A DNA stretch of 64,000 nucleotides from NCBI GenBank assembly GCA_035504175.1, contig DATJSJ010000231.1, forward strand, positions 10,306-74,305, written 5' to 3'. Source of the DNA: Acetobacteraceae bacterium. GTDB taxonomy: Bacteria > Pseudomonadota > Alphaproteobacteria > Acetobacterales > Acetobacteraceae. The notes under the pieces were generated by a model. That model did not search any database. It was not told the DNA's origin and saw only the letters and a program-made list of their open reading frames with translations. This document shows, in pieces, positions 36,612 through 46,339 of the stretch (the stretch's first letter is position 1; every line of letters starts with the position of its first letter). Made by a program: the position numbers and the translations under genes.

Positions 36612-36668
36612 GGCGGGACCGCGCCGCAACGGTCATGACATGGCCTGCGCCAGGCGAGGAGGCAAGGG

Positions 36669-37391
36669 ATGATCGCGGCCGATCTGATGTCGCGTTCGGT
36701 CGTATCGGTTGGCCCGGACGCGCCGCTGGTGCAGGCGGTGCGTGCCATGACCGAGCGCCGGATCAGCGGCCTGCCGGTAGTGGACGCGAAGGGCCGCCTG
36801 GTCGGCATGCTGACCGAGGGCGATCTGCTGCGGCGCGTGGAAACCGCGACCGATGATGCGGCGCCCGGCTGGTTCGAGCGCTTCGTCGCCGCCGGCCGTC
36901 TTGCCGAGGATTACGTGCGCAGCCATGGCCGCCGTGTCGCCGAGGTGATGACGCCCGAGGTGGTCAGCGTCGAGGAGACGACGGCGCTCGCCGAGGTGGT
37001 GCGGTTGATGCGGCAGCACCGGGTGCGCCGGCTGCCGGTGCTGCGCGACGGCGCCCTGGTCGGCATCATCAGCCGCGCCGACCTGGTGCGGCGGATCGAT
37101 GCGGCGCTCGGCGGTCCGGCGGTGACGGCGGACGACGCCAGCATCCGCGGCGCGATCCTGGACGGACTCGCCCGCGCCCCGTGGTCGTCGCGCAATCCGA
37201 TCACCGTGACGGTCGAGCATGGCACGGTGCGGCTCGACGGCTGCCTGTTCGATCTGCGCGAGCGCGACGCGATCGGCGTGCTGGCGGAGAACGTGCCGGG
37301 GGTGACGCGGGTGGAGAACCGGCTGGCCTGCGTCGAGCCGATCAGCGGCATGCTGCTTTGCGATCCGGGCGAAACGCGCGCCGCGGACTGA
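36669..37391 (+). CDS. CBS-pair plus BON domain protein
   Basis: Two CBS motifs (LMSRSVVSVGPDAPLVQAVRAMTERRISGLPVVDAKGRLVGMLTEGDLLRR and VMTPEVVSVEETTALAEVVRLMRQHRVRRLPVLRDGALVGIISRADLVRR), then a BON domain (ITVTVEHGTVRLDGCLFDLRERDAIGVLAENVPGVTRVENRL). Confidence 0.85.
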   Translation: MIAADLMSRSVVSVGPDAPLVQAVRAMTERRISGLPVVDAKGRLVGMLTEGDLLRRVETATDDAAPGWFERFVAAGRLAEDYVRSHGRRVAEVMTPEVVSVEETTALAEVVRLMRQHRVRRLPVLRDGALVGIISRADLVRRIDAALGGPAVTADDASIRGAILDGLARAPWSSRNPITVTVEHGTVRLDGCLFDLRERDAIGVLAENVPGVTRVENRLACVEPISGMLLCDPGETRAAD

Positions 37392-37507
37392 GTCGCCGTC
37401 ACTGTCCCGGATCCGCGCATCGCCGGCCGGATCAGCGCACGGCGCGGCGGGTGGCGGATCGATCGAGGTCAGTCGATCATGTCCCGTCGGCGCGCGGCTC
37501 CGGCCGC

Positions 37508-37521
37508 ATGATTTAGGTCAA
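37508..37521. promoter_or_regulatory. FixK/FNR-like box ATGATTTAGGTCAA
   Basis: One mismatch in the left half-site. It is centred about 64 nt upstream of the ftsH-paralog ATG (37579), the same spacing as at 36598 and 20395. Confidence 0.45.
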
Positions 37522-37578
37522 TGAGGCCGAGCGGATCTCGCCCGAGAGTGACGCTTCGCCCCGGGGCGGGGAGGCTTC

Positions 37579-39600
37579 ATGCAGATCAAGCAGGAACACC
37601 AGATCTATTTCTGGTACCTGATCGCAGCGGTGCTCGGCATCGTCGTGATCCAGGGCCTGCTCGCGCCAAGCCTCACGCCGACCATCCCCTACAGCCAGTT
37701 CCAGGCTCTGGTGCAGCAGGACAAGGTGACCGATCTCGCGGTCGGGCCGAACAGCATCACCGGGCGCTACCGCGACCCGCCCGCGGGGCAGCCCGATACG
37801 TTCACCACCTATCGCGTCGATCCGGAGATCGCCAGGCTGCTGAGCCGGCCGGACGTGATCTTTTCCGGCCAGCCCGGCGCCGGCTTCATGGTCAGCCTGC
37901 TGAGCTGGTTCGCGCCGACGATCCTGTTCGTGCTGCTCTGGATGTTCCTGATCCGCCCGATGGCGGGCGGCGGATTCGGGGGCGGCATGGGCGGCGGGCT
38001 GATGGCGGTCGGCCAGAGCAAGGCGAAGATCTATGTCGAGACCGACGTCAAGGTGAGCTTCGCCGACGTCGCCGGTGTCGACGAGGCGAAGGATGAACTC
38101 AAGGAGATCGTCACTTTCCTGAACGATCCGCAGCGCTACGGGCGGCTCGGCGCGCATGTGCCGCGCGGCATCCTGCTGGTCGGACCGCCGGGCACCGGCA
38201 AGACGCTGCTGGCGCGCGCGGTTGCCGGCGAGGCCGGCGTGCCGTTCTTCTCGATCTCCGGCTCCGAGTTCGTCGAGATGTTCGTGGGCGTCGGCGCCGC
38301 GCGCGTGCGCGACCTGTTCGAGAAGGCGCGGTCGCGCGCGCCGGCGATCGTGTTCATCGACGAGCTCGACGCGCTCGGCCGCGCCCGCGGCGTCAGCGGC
38401 CTCGCCGGCAACGACGAGAAGGAGCAGACGCTGAACCAGCTCCTGGCCGAGCTGGACGGGTTCGATCCGCGCAGCGGCGTCGTGCTGCTGGCCGCGACCA
38501 ACCGGCCGGAGATTCTCGACCCGGCGCTGCTGCGCGCCGGGCGGTTCGACCGCCAGGTGCTGGTCGACCGCCCCGACCGCCGCGGCCGGGCGGCGATCCT
38601 GGCCGTGCATCTGAAGCAGATCCACCTCGCCGCCGGGGTCACGCCGGATGACATTGCCGGGATGACGCCGGGCTTCACCGGCGCCGACCTCGCCGGCCTG
38701 GTCAACGAGGCGGCGCTGCTGGCGACGCGCCGCGACGCGCCGGCGGTGACGCTCGAGGATTTCGGCCAGGCGATCGAACGCGTCATCGCCGGGCTGGAGA
38801 AGCGCAATCGGCTGCTCAACGCGCATGAGCGCGAGGTGGTGGCGCATCACGAGATCGGCCACGCGCTGGTGGCGCTCGCTTTGCCGGATGTCGATCCGGT
38901 GCAGAAGATCTCGATCATCCCGCGCGGCATCGGCGCGCTCGGCTACACGATCCAGCGGCCGCTCGAGGACCGGTTCCTGATGAGCCGCACCGAGCTGCTG
39001 GATCGCATGACCGTGCTGCTCGGCGGCCGCGCGGCGGAGCGGCTGATCTTCGAGGATCTCTCCACCGGCGCCGCCGACGATCTGGTCAAGGCGACGGAGA
39101 TCGCTCGCGGCATGGTGGTCCGCTTCGGCATGGATGAGCATCTCGGCCAGGTCGCCTATGAGGTCGAGCGCGCGCCGCTGCTCGGCACGCCGGCCTCGGC
39201 CTGGGAGCCGCGCCGCTACAGCGACGCGACGGCGAGCGGCATCGATGCCGCCGTGCGCGGCCTGATCGACCTCGCCTATCAGCGGGCGCTGGCCATCTTG
39301 CAGGCCGATCCGACCTTGCTGCGACGGGCCGCGCAGGAATTGCTGGCGCACGAGACGCTGACCGGCGACCAGCTCCGCGCGATGGTCAGCGCGGCCGGCC
39401 CGGACGCCGCCCCGCAGACGACGCTGCCGCGCCCGGCGCCGGCCCTGCCCGCCGGTCGCACCGAGAACCGCGCGTCCGTCCAGACTGTCCAGGAGGAAGA
39501 GCATGACCAACCGCGAAATGGCCGAAATCGTGCGGAATCAGAAACCGCTGATGCTGCCGCACGACACGTCCTTGCAGGCGGCCTGCAAGGCGATGCATGA
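37579..39600 (+). CDS. ftsH: ATP-dependent zinc metalloprotease FtsH (apparent paralog)
   Basis: Two TM helices, Walker [19 protein letters not shown], Walker [33 protein letters not shown], zinc site [11 protein letters not shown]. Confidence 0.9.
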   Translation: MQIKQEHQIYFWYLIAAVLGIVVIQGLLAPSLTPTIPYSQFQALVQQDKVTDLAVGPNSITGRYRDPPAGQPDTFTTYRVDPEIARLLSRPDVIFSGQPGAGFMVSLLSWFAPTILFVLLWMFLIRPMAGGGFGGGMGGGLMAVGQSKAKIYVETDVKVSFADVAGVDEAKDELKEIVTFLNDPQRYGRLGAHVPRGILLVGPPGTGKTLLARAVAGEAGVPFFSISGSEFVEMFVGVGAARVRDLFEKARSRAPAIVFIDELDALGRARGVSGLAGNDEKEQTLNQLLAELDGFDPRSGVVLLAATNRPEILDPALLRAGRFDRQVLVDRPDRRGRAAILAVHLKQIHLAAGVTPDDIAGMTPGFTGADLAGLVNEAALLATRRDAPAVTLEDFGQAIERVIAGLEKRNRLLNAHEREVVAHHEIGHALVALALPDVDPVQKISIIPRGIGALGYTIQRPLEDRFLMSRTELLDRMTVLLGGRAAERLIFEDLSTGAADDLVKATEIARGMVVRFGMDEHLGQVAYEVERAPLLGTPASAWEPRRYSDATASGIDAAVRGLIDLAYQRALAILQADPTLLRRAAQELLAHETLTGDQLRAMVSAAGPDAAPQTTLPRPAPALPAGRTENRASVQTVQEEEHDQPRNGRNRAESETADAAARHVLAGGLQGDA

Positions 39601-39922
39601 GCGCCGCGTCGGCGCCGTGCTGGTGGCGGATGCGAAGGGCGGGCTGGTCGGGATTTTCACCGGGCGCGATGCGGTACGCTGCCTCGCCGCCGGCAGGCAC
39701 GCCGGCGAGACGACGCTGCGCCAGGTGATGACCCGCAAGCCGCACACCATGCCGCCGCGCACCAAGGCGATCGAGGCGCTGCGGCTGATGCAGGATGGCG
39801 GCTTCCGCCACATCCCGGTGGTCGAGGGCGAGCGGGTGATGGGCGTGGTGTCGCGCGGCGATTTCCGCGGCCTGGAGCAGGACCGGCTGGACGAGGAAAC
39901 CGGCATCTGGGAGCGGATCTAG
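39503..39922 (+). CDS. CBS-pair domain protein
   Basis: The ATG at 39503 is preceded by [58 protein letters not shown] and VMTRKPHTMPPRTKAIEALRLMQDGGFRHIPVVEGERVMGVVSRGDF. It overlaps the ftsH 3' end by 98 nt. Confidence 0.8.
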   Translation: MTNREMAEIVRNQKPLMLPHDTSLQAACKAMHERRVGAVLVADAKGGLVGIFTGRDAVRCLAAGRHAGETTLRQVMTRKPHTMPPRTKAIEALRLMQDGGFRHIPVVEGERVMGVVSRGDFRGLEQDRLDEETGIWERI

Positions 39923-39974
39923 GCCGCGACCGCTCCGACCGTGCCGGGCCCGCCGGAAGCCGGACCGTGTCGCA

Positions 39975-40976
39975 TCACGCCTGCATGGCGGCGCAGAGCT
40001 CGGTGATCAGCCACTGCACGCCGGTGTCGCGATCGGCGCGGCGATGCCAGATTGCCTCGATGTCGACAACGATCTTGGTGTGGCCGGCGTCGATCTCGGC
40101 CAGCGCCCCCTGAGCGATCGCGGCAGCGGCCAGGCGCCCCGGCAGGGTCGCAATCAGATCCGTGCGCTGCAGCATCGGAATCACCGCCGCATAGTGCGGC
40201 ACCGTCACGGCCACCCGATCGGCTCCGTGCCGCCCGTCCTGGCGCTGGATCACCACCTGCTCGATCCAGGTGCGTCGGTACACGCCCCGTTCGTTCAGGA
40301 ACCCGCCCGCCAGCCCGTCGCCGCCGGTCAGCTCGACGACGAGCTGCGGGAATTGCAGCACGCGATCGAGCGAGACCGGGGCACCCGCGAGCGGATGTCC
40401 CGGGCGCGCGACGAGCGTATCCGTGTCGGTTGCAATCGTCCTCCGGCGGATGCTGGCGCCGGCCGTGCCGAACCAGCCGAGCGCCAGATCGATCCGTCGT
40501 TCCTCCAGCGCCGCGATGACATCGATCCGGTTGGCGGGAAACACGCGCAGCTTGACCTGCGGGGCAGTGCCGAGGATGCGCTCGACCAGCAGCGGTACGA
40601 AAGCCGTGTCCGAATAGTCCGTCGCCGCCAGGCGAAAGGTACGCTGCGACCGGACGGGTTCGAAGGGCTGCCGGTTCAGCGCCGCGTCGAGCCGCGCCAT
40701 CGCGTCGCCGATGTCGGGTGCCAGCTCGAGGGCGCACGGCGTCGGTTCCATGCCGGCCTCGCCGAGGACGAACAGCTCGTCGCCGAAACCCCGGCGCAGC
40801 CGGCCCAGGGCATGGCTGACGGCCGACGGCGTGACCCCGAGCTCGCGGGAAGCGGCGGCGACGCTGCGGTGCTGCATCACCGCCGCGAACACGCGGAACA
40901 GGTTAAGATCCAGCCGCCGCAGCGCCGCGGCGGCGTGGCCTGAATGCCGTTCACGGTTCGCGTGACTTTGCTTCAT
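39975..40976 (-). CDS. LysR-family transcriptional regulator
   Basis: LDLNLFRVFAAVMQHRSVAAASRELGVTPSAVSHALGRLR (HTH), then a LysR substrate-binding domain. It is divergent from the efflux operon. Confidence 0.9.
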   Translation of the reverse strand: MKQSHANRERHSGHAAAALRRLDLNLFRVFAAVMQHRSVAAASRELGVTPSAVSHALGRLRRGFGDELFVLGEAGMEPTPCALELAPDIGDAMARLDAALNRQPFEPVRSQRTFRLAATDYSDTAFVPLLVERILGTAPQVKLRVFPANRIDVIAALEERRIDLALGWFGTAGASIRRRTIATDTDTLVARPGHPLAGAPVSLDRVLQFPQLVVELTGGDGLAGGFLNERGVYRRTWIEQVVIQRQDGRHGADRVAVTVPHYAAVIPMLQRTDLIATLPGRLAAAAIAQGALAEIDAGHTKIVVDIEAIWHRRADRDTGVQWLITELCAAMQA

Positions 40977-41037
40977 CGTTCCTAACCTGCCCGGCGTGTG
41001 TTACCCGGGCCGGGCCGCGCAACAGCGCAAGAGTAGG

Positions 41038-41307
41038 GTGAAGCCTCGACCAGTGAAAGTCAGGACCGGACAGCTTGCCGCCTTGTCTCTCTGCGGTTGC
41101 AGCGCCTCGCCGGCGCAGAACTTGTTCGGCTCGTTCTTCCCGGCGTGGATGCTCTGCGCGGTCGCTGGCATCGCCGGCGCGGTGGTGGTGCACCAGGTCC
41201 TGGCTGCCGTCGGCGTGAACAAGTATCTGGTCGCCCCACCATTGACCTATCTCTGCATCGCGATTGCCGGCACCCTGTTCGTCTGGCTGTTCTGGTTCGG
41301 TCATTGA
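41038..41307 (+). CDS. ytcA: YtcA-family small lipoprotein
   Basis: LSLCGCSASPAQNLFGSFFPAWMLCAVAGIAGAVVV aligns by eye with E. coli YtcA (VSGCSLSPAIPVIGAYYPSWFFCAIA). The start is uncertain: in-frame GTG at 40996, 41038 or 41053. 40996 would leave only 20 nt to the LysR gene. Confidence 0.7.
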   Translation: MKPRPVKVRTGQLAALSLCGCSASPAQNLFGSFFPAWMLCAVAGIAGAVVVHQVLAAVGVNKYLVAPPLTYLCIAIAGTLFVWLFWFGH

Positions 41308-42327
41308 ATGACCGTGCTTGGCCGCGGCATCGGCGTTCTCGTCAGCCTCGCGGCCTTCGCCGCGGTGATCCTGCTGGCCGCACTGACCCTGCGTCGTTCC
41401 GATCTGCGCCCGCGCACCGACGATGCCTATCTGCAGGCGGACGTCGTGCACATGGCGCCGGACGTGAGCGGTCGCATCATCGAGCTGGACGTGCGCGACA
41501 ATCAGGCGGTGCATCGCGGCGACGTGCTGTTCCGCATCGACCCGGTGCCCTACCGGCTGCGGGTGGAGCAGGCGCAGGCCACCGTCCGCGGCCTGGCGGC
41601 GAAGCTCGGCGTCACGGCGGACCAGGTCGCCGCCCAGACCAGCAGCGCCGACACCGCGCATCGCGGCATCGCCTCCGCCCAGGCGCAGCTGCGCCTCGCC
41701 ACCTCGACGCTGGCGCGGCTGGAGCCGCTGCTGCCGCATGGCTACGTGACGGCGCAGCAGGTGGACCAGGCGCGCACCGCCAAGCGCACGGCCGAAATCG
41801 CCCTGCAGCAGGCCCAGTTGCAGGCGCAGAGCGCGCGCGAGGCGATCAGCAGCACCCAGCCGGTCGCCGAGGAGCTGCAAGCCGCCAAGGCGACGCTGGC
41901 AATGGCCGAGCGCGACCTCCGCCTCACCGAGGCGCGCTCCCCCTGCGACGGCCGGATCACGGCGCTCGACATCGCCGCGGGGGAGTTCGCGATCACCGGC
42001 AAGCCGCTCTTCACCATCATCGACACCGAGGAGTGGTACGCGATCGGCAATTTCCGCGAGACCGACCTGGCCGGGATCAGACCCGGCCAGCAGGCCTACG
42101 TCTATGTCCTCCAGGCACCGCAGACGCCGGTGCGCGGTATCGTGGACAGCCTCGGCGGCGGTGTGGCGCCGGACGAGGGGGCGACGTTTCTCGGCCTGCC
42201 GCACGTGCCGCGCAGCCTGAACTGGGTGCGCATCGCGCAACGCTTCCCGGTCCGGATCCTGCTGCACGATCCGCCGCCGGCGCTGATGCGCATCGGCGCC
42301 TCGGCGGCGATCGTGATCGCGCGATGA
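41308..42327 (+). CDS. mdtN: HlyD-family membrane fusion protein (MdtN/AaeA-like)
   Basis: N-terminal TM, TDDAYLQADVVHMAPDVSGRIIELDVRDNQAVHRGDVLFRIDPVPY (biotinyl-lipoyl-like), a coiled-coil hairpin, then a beta-barrel. Confidence 0.85.
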   Translation: MTVLGRGIGVLVSLAAFAAVILLAALTLRRSDLRPRTDDAYLQADVVHMAPDVSGRIIELDVRDNQAVHRGDVLFRIDPVPYRLRVEQAQATVRGLAAKLGVTADQVAAQTSSADTAHRGIASAQAQLRLATSTLARLEPLLPHGYVTAQQVDQARTAKRTAEIALQQAQLQAQSAREAISSTQPVAEELQAAKATLAMAERDLRLTEARSPCDGRITALDIAAGEFAITGKPLFTIIDTEEWYAIGNFRETDLAGIRPGQQAYVYVLQAPQTPVRGIVDSLGGGVAPDEGATFLGLPHVPRSLNWVRIAQRFPVRILLHDPPPALMRIGASAAIVIAR

Positions 42328-44402
42328 GCGCGGCGCCGGCCTTCGACGAGGGCGACGCGCCCGGTCTCGCGCGGTTGTGGCGCCTCCTGGTCGACCCTGC
42401 TCCGGGGCGGTTGGGAATGACCCTGCGGATCACCGTGCTGGTGCTGGCGACGGTTGCGATCGGCGAGGTGTTCCGCATCCCGGAGATCGCGGTCTCCGCC
42501 TACATCGTGCTGTTCCTGTCGCGGGCCGAGGCGGCGTCCACCGTGATGACGGCGCTGATCGCGGGCATTGCCGTGATCCTGGCGATCTTCCTCGCGATCG
42601 CGGTGTTCATGCTCAGCCTGTCCGACCCGGCAGTGCGCGTGCCGGCGATCGCGGCCATGACCTTCGCCGCGATGTTCCTCGCCCGCTCCGCGGGGCAGCT
42701 CGGGCCGGCCTTCTTCGCCGCCGGCTTCATCATCGCCTACGGCCTGACGCTCGGGGACGAGGTGATCGCCTTCGCGCTGATGCCCGGGTCGGTTGGCAAC
42801 ACGACGCAGCCGAGCCTGCCCGAGCTCGCCTTCATCCCGCCCGAGGAGGCGCTGCTGCATTTCCTGCTCTGGCTGACGCTGGCGGTGGCCATCCCGGTCG
42901 CGCTGGTGATCGTCGGCAATCTGCTCACCGGGCGCGACCCGGCGGTGCTGCTCCGCGCCGGCCTGGTCGCGCGGCTGCAGGCGGCGGCCGGATTCTGCGA
43001 CGGCGAGCCCGGTGCCGGCCGCGCGCTCGAGCGCCTGGCGCGGGAGGGCACGACGTCCCTGCTGACGCTGCGCCATCTCGCCGGCCTGCTGCACCGGTCG
43101 GCGACGCCGGCGCCGATCGCCGAGACGCAGCGCCTGTTGCTGCTGCTGCTCGCGGTGCGGCGGGTGCCGGACGCGGAGGCGGCGATATCCGGCCTGGCGC
43201 CGGTCGCGGCGTTCTGCCGCGCGGCCGCCGCGAGCGTCGCGGCTGCCCGCGACATCGCGGCGCCGGTGCCCGAGATCACCATCGCCGGTGCCGCGGCGCC
43301 GCTCGGTCCGCGGATCGCACGCGTCCTGCAGGACATGCGCGAGCCGCCCGCGCCCCCGCCTTCCGTCAGCCGCGAACCGCGACGGTTACTGGCGCCGGAT
43401 GCCTTCACCAACCCCGACTACACGCACTTCGCGCTGAAAGTAACGCTGGCGGTCATGCTGTGCTATTTTGCGCAGAACATGCTCGACTGGCCGGGCATTC
43501 ATACCTCCATGATCACGTGCTTCTTCGTCGCCCTCGGCACGGTGGGCGAGACGGTGCACAAGGCGACGCTGCGCCTGTCCGGCTGTCTCGTCGGCGCGGC
43601 GCTCGGGATCGGCACCATCCTGCTGCTGATGCCGGTTCTGACCGATCTCGGCGAGTTACTTCTGGTGGTCGCCGGGGTGACGTTACTCGCCGCCTGGATC
43701 GGCGCCGGCAGCGAGCGCATCGCCTATGCCGGCTGGCAAATCGGGCTCGCCTTCTATCTCAGCACCTTCCAGGGCTTCGGCCCGACACTGGACATGGCGA
43801 CGGCGCGCGACCGCATCGTCGGCATCCTGCTCGGCAATGTCGTGGTCTCGCTGATTTTCACGACGGTCTGGCCGGTGAACGTGGCGCGAGTGGCGCGGGC
43901 AAATCTGGCAGCGGCCGTCGAGCACCTCGCGGCGCTGTTCCGCTCGGACGAGGGCGAGGCCGGGCACCGCGCCGGGTTCGCCCAGGCAGCGATCCAGGCC
44001 CGCACCGTGATGGTCAACGAGGCGTTCGAGACGGAGACGGTGCGGAGTGCCGGTGGCACGCGGCCGATCGACGCCGGGATCGTGGCGCAGGTGCAGGCGT
44101 TGTTCGTGCCGGTCTCGGTGATCCTCGACCTCCGGCGCGAGGCTCCGCGCCAGGACGCCGTCGGCCGGTATCACGCCGCGCTCGCGGAGTGGTTCCAGCG
44201 CGCCGCCACCTGGATCCGCGACGGCAGCGGCGCAGGCCGCGTCGCCGAGGGCCCGCCGGCGCCGCCGGCGATCGAGGAACCCCTCGGATTGTGGCACCGT
44301 CTCCTGGATCAGGATTTGCGCGCGATCCTGGCGCAGACCAGTCTCGCGGTGGGTGTGGCGCGCGACGCGGCGTCGGCCACGGTGCGTCTTGCGCCGGGTT
44401 AG
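42324..44402 (+). CDS. mdtO: FUSC-family efflux transporter (MdtO/AaeB-like)
   Basis: The ATG at 42324 overlaps the mdtN stop (ATGA). About 692 aa with two multi-TM blocks separated by a cytoplasmic domain (FALKVTLAVMLCYF...LSGCLVGAALGI). Confidence 0.8.
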   Translation: MSAAPAFDEGDAPGLARLWRLLVDPAPGRLGMTLRITVLVLATVAIGEVFRIPEIAVSAYIVLFLSRAEAASTVMTALIAGIAVILAIFLAIAVFMLSLSDPAVRVPAIAAMTFAAMFLARSAGQLGPAFFAAGFIIAYGLTLGDEVIAFALMPGSVGNTTQPSLPELAFIPPEEALLHFLLWLTLAVAIPVALVIVGNLLTGRDPAVLLRAGLVARLQAAAGFCDGEPGAGRALERLAREGTTSLLTLRHLAGLLHRSATPAPIAETQRLLLLLLAVRRVPDAEAAISGLAPVAAFCRAAAASVAAARDIAAPVPEITIAGAAAPLGPRIARVLQDMREPPAPPPSVSREPRRLLAPDAFTNPDYTHFALKVTLAVMLCYFAQNMLDWPGIHTSMITCFFVALGTVGETVHKATLRLSGCLVGAALGIGTILLLMPVLTDLGELLLVVAGVTLLAAWIGAGSERIAYAGWQIGLAFYLSTFQGFGPTLDMATARDRIVGILLGNVVVSLIFTTVWPVNVARVARANLAAAVEHLAALFRSDEGEAGHRAGFAQAAIQARTVMVNEAFETETVRSAGGTRPIDAGIVAQVQALFVPVSVILDLRREAPRQDAVGRYHAALAEWFQRAATWIRDGSGAGRVAEGPPAPPAIEEPLGLWHRLLDQDLRAILAQTSLAVGVARDAASATVRLAPG

Positions 44403-45858
44403 ACACATCGTCGTCCTGCTCGGCGCCTGCGCGGCGCTGGCGGCCTGCAACGACACGCGGGATCTCGCCCCGGCGGAGCCCGACACGCCCTGGCCGATCC
44501 CCGCCTCGAGCCTGCCCACGCCGGCCGAAGTGCCGCCCGTCTCATCGGAGCCGGAATTCGCCGCGTCGCATCGCTACTCCCTGCCCGAGGTGATCGACAT
44601 TGCGGAGCGGCGCAACCAGGCGACCCGCATCGCCTGGGAACAGGCGCGGCAGGCGGCGATCGGGGTCGGGATGGCGCAGGCCGCCTATCTGCCGGCGCTG
44701 ACCGCGAGCGCGATCGGCGGCTACCAGCACGTGGCGCTGCCATTTCCGAGCGATCTCGTCTCACGCGGCTTCATCACGGCCAACACCGAGGAGTTTCTCC
44801 CGACGCTCGCGATCCGCTACCTGCTGTTCGATTTCGGCCGGCGCGACGCGGCGGTGCAGGCGGCGCGGCAGCTCTCCACCGCGGCGAACGTCGCCTTCTC
44901 ATCGGTGCATCAGAAGCTGATCTTCGACGTCGCGACCGATTATTTCCTGCTCGACGGCGCCAATGCCACGTTGCGCGCGGCGGAGCAGGCGCTGCGCGAC
45001 GCACAGCAATTGCAGAGCGCGACCGAGGCGTTGCAGGCGCGCGGGCTGGACACGATCGTGACCGTCGATCTGGCGCGGCGCAGCACCGCACAGCGCCGAT
45101 ACGACCTGGCGCAGGCGCGTGCGGTGCAGCACGCCGCATCCTACCGCCTGCTGTCGGCGATGAATCTGCCGCCGACCACGACACTGCAAATCGTCGACGT
45201 CTCCAACCGGCCGCTGCCGCAACCCTCCGGCGTCACGATGCGCCACCTGCTGGACGAGGCGCTGCGCCAGCGCCCGGACCTGATCGCCGCGGTGGCCAAG
45301 CTGCGCGCAAGCGATGCCGGAATCGCCATGGCGCGCTCCGCCTTCCAGCCGGAAGTGTCGGTCAGCGGCAATGTCCAGGGCAATCTCGGCCAGGTCAGCG
45401 TCGATGGCGCGCCGTATGAAGGCGTGGTGCAGCCGCAGGCGGGAATCTTCCTGCGCTTCGACTGGCCGCTCTATCAGGGCGGTCTGCTGCAGAACCGGCT
45501 GCACGACGCGGAATCCAAGCGTGCGGCGGCGGCGGATGCGGTGGCGCAGGCGCGCGAACAGGCACTGCGCGACGTCGCACTCGCCTACGACCAGCTCGAA
45601 ACCGGGCTGCAGCAATATGATGCGGCGCGAGCGCTGCTGACCGCCGCCGAGACCGCCTACGGCTCCGCGAATGACTCCTATGTCCACGGCGTCGGAACCT
45701 TCACCGATGCCGTCTCGGCCGAGGCCGCGCTGGCCGCGGCCAGGGCCGACGTCGTGCAGGTGCATGCGAAGGTTCTGATCAACGCCACCAGCCTGGCGCT
45801 TGCGACGGGGGCGCTGAACGCCGGCGCCGCGGAGGGCCTGCTGGGCGGCGAGCGATAG
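44353..45858 (+). CDS. mdtP: Outer-membrane efflux factor lipoprotein, NodT/MdtP family
   Basis: Lipobox LGACAALAAC, then two OEP repeats (AIGVGMAQAAYLPALTASA...; SAFQPEVSVSGNV...). The start is uncertain (GTG 44353 or later). Confidence 0.85.
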   Translation: MWRATRRRPRCVLRRVRHIVVLLGACAALAACNDTRDLAPAEPDTPWPIPASSLPTPAEVPPVSSEPEFAASHRYSLPEVIDIAERRNQATRIAWEQARQAAIGVGMAQAAYLPALTASAIGGYQHVALPFPSDLVSRGFITANTEEFLPTLAIRYLLFDFGRRDAAVQAARQLSTAANVAFSSVHQKLIFDVATDYFLLDGANATLRAAEQALRDAQQLQSATEALQARGLDTIVTVDLARRSTAQRRYDLAQARAVQHAASYRLLSAMNLPPTTTLQIVDVSNRPLPQPSGVTMRHLLDEALRQRPDLIAAVAKLRASDAGIAMARSAFQPEVSVSGNVQGNLGQVSVDGAPYEGVVQPQAGIFLRFDWPLYQGGLLQNRLHDAESKRAAAADAVAQAREQALRDVALAYDQLETGLQQYDAARALLTAAETAYGSANDSYVHGVGTFTDAVSAEAALAAARADVVQVHAKVLINATSLALATGALNAGAAEGLLGGER

Positions 45859-45940
45859 GCAAGTCACCGCGCCCGAGGCCGGTCGCACGACGTGGCGGCG
45901 CCGGCAACGATCGGACGGATCGACGTCGCGCGCGGGCGCC

Positions 45941-46339
45941 TCAGAGAGTCAGATGCAGGAGCAGATCGCCATAGCCCCAGATCGCGGTGCCGATGATGCC
46001 GGTCAGATAGCCGAGATAGGCGAAGATCCGGAATGACCGGGGCGGCTGCAGGGCAAGCTCGATTTCGCCCTCGAGCGATATCAGATTCGCCTGCAGGGCG
46101 ATCGCGAGCTTTCTTTGGTACATGTTGACCACCCGGAAGGTCGCGATGGCGCCGATCAGGCCCATGATCGAGCCGGATCGGGAAAACCAGTCCGATCCCG
46201 TCTTGCGCGACAGGTAGTAGGAGAACGCCGCGAACAGCCAGGCGCCGACAAGCAGAAATCCGAATGTCCTGATGCTGCGATCGAGCCCCGCATGCAGCGT
46301 TTTCAGATCAAGGGTGTGGGTTGCCGTGGCCGTCCACAT
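45941..46339 (-). CDS. Hypothetical three-TM membrane protein in an A/T-richer patch
   Basis: The ATG at 46339 is preceded by GGGAGAG (the ORF-track GTG is at 46357). MWTATATHTLDLKTLHAGLDRSIRTFGFLLVGAWLFAAFSYYL...SIMGLIGAIATFRVV...FRIFAYLGYLTGIIGTAIWGYGDLLL. I recognise no family. Confidence 0.5.
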   Translation of the reverse strand: MWTATATHTLDLKTLHAGLDRSIRTFGFLLVGAWLFAAFSYYLSRKTGSDWFSRSGSIMGLIGAIATFRVVNMYQRKLAIALQANLISLEGEIELALQPPRSFRIFAYLGYLTGIIGTAIWGYGDLLLHLTL

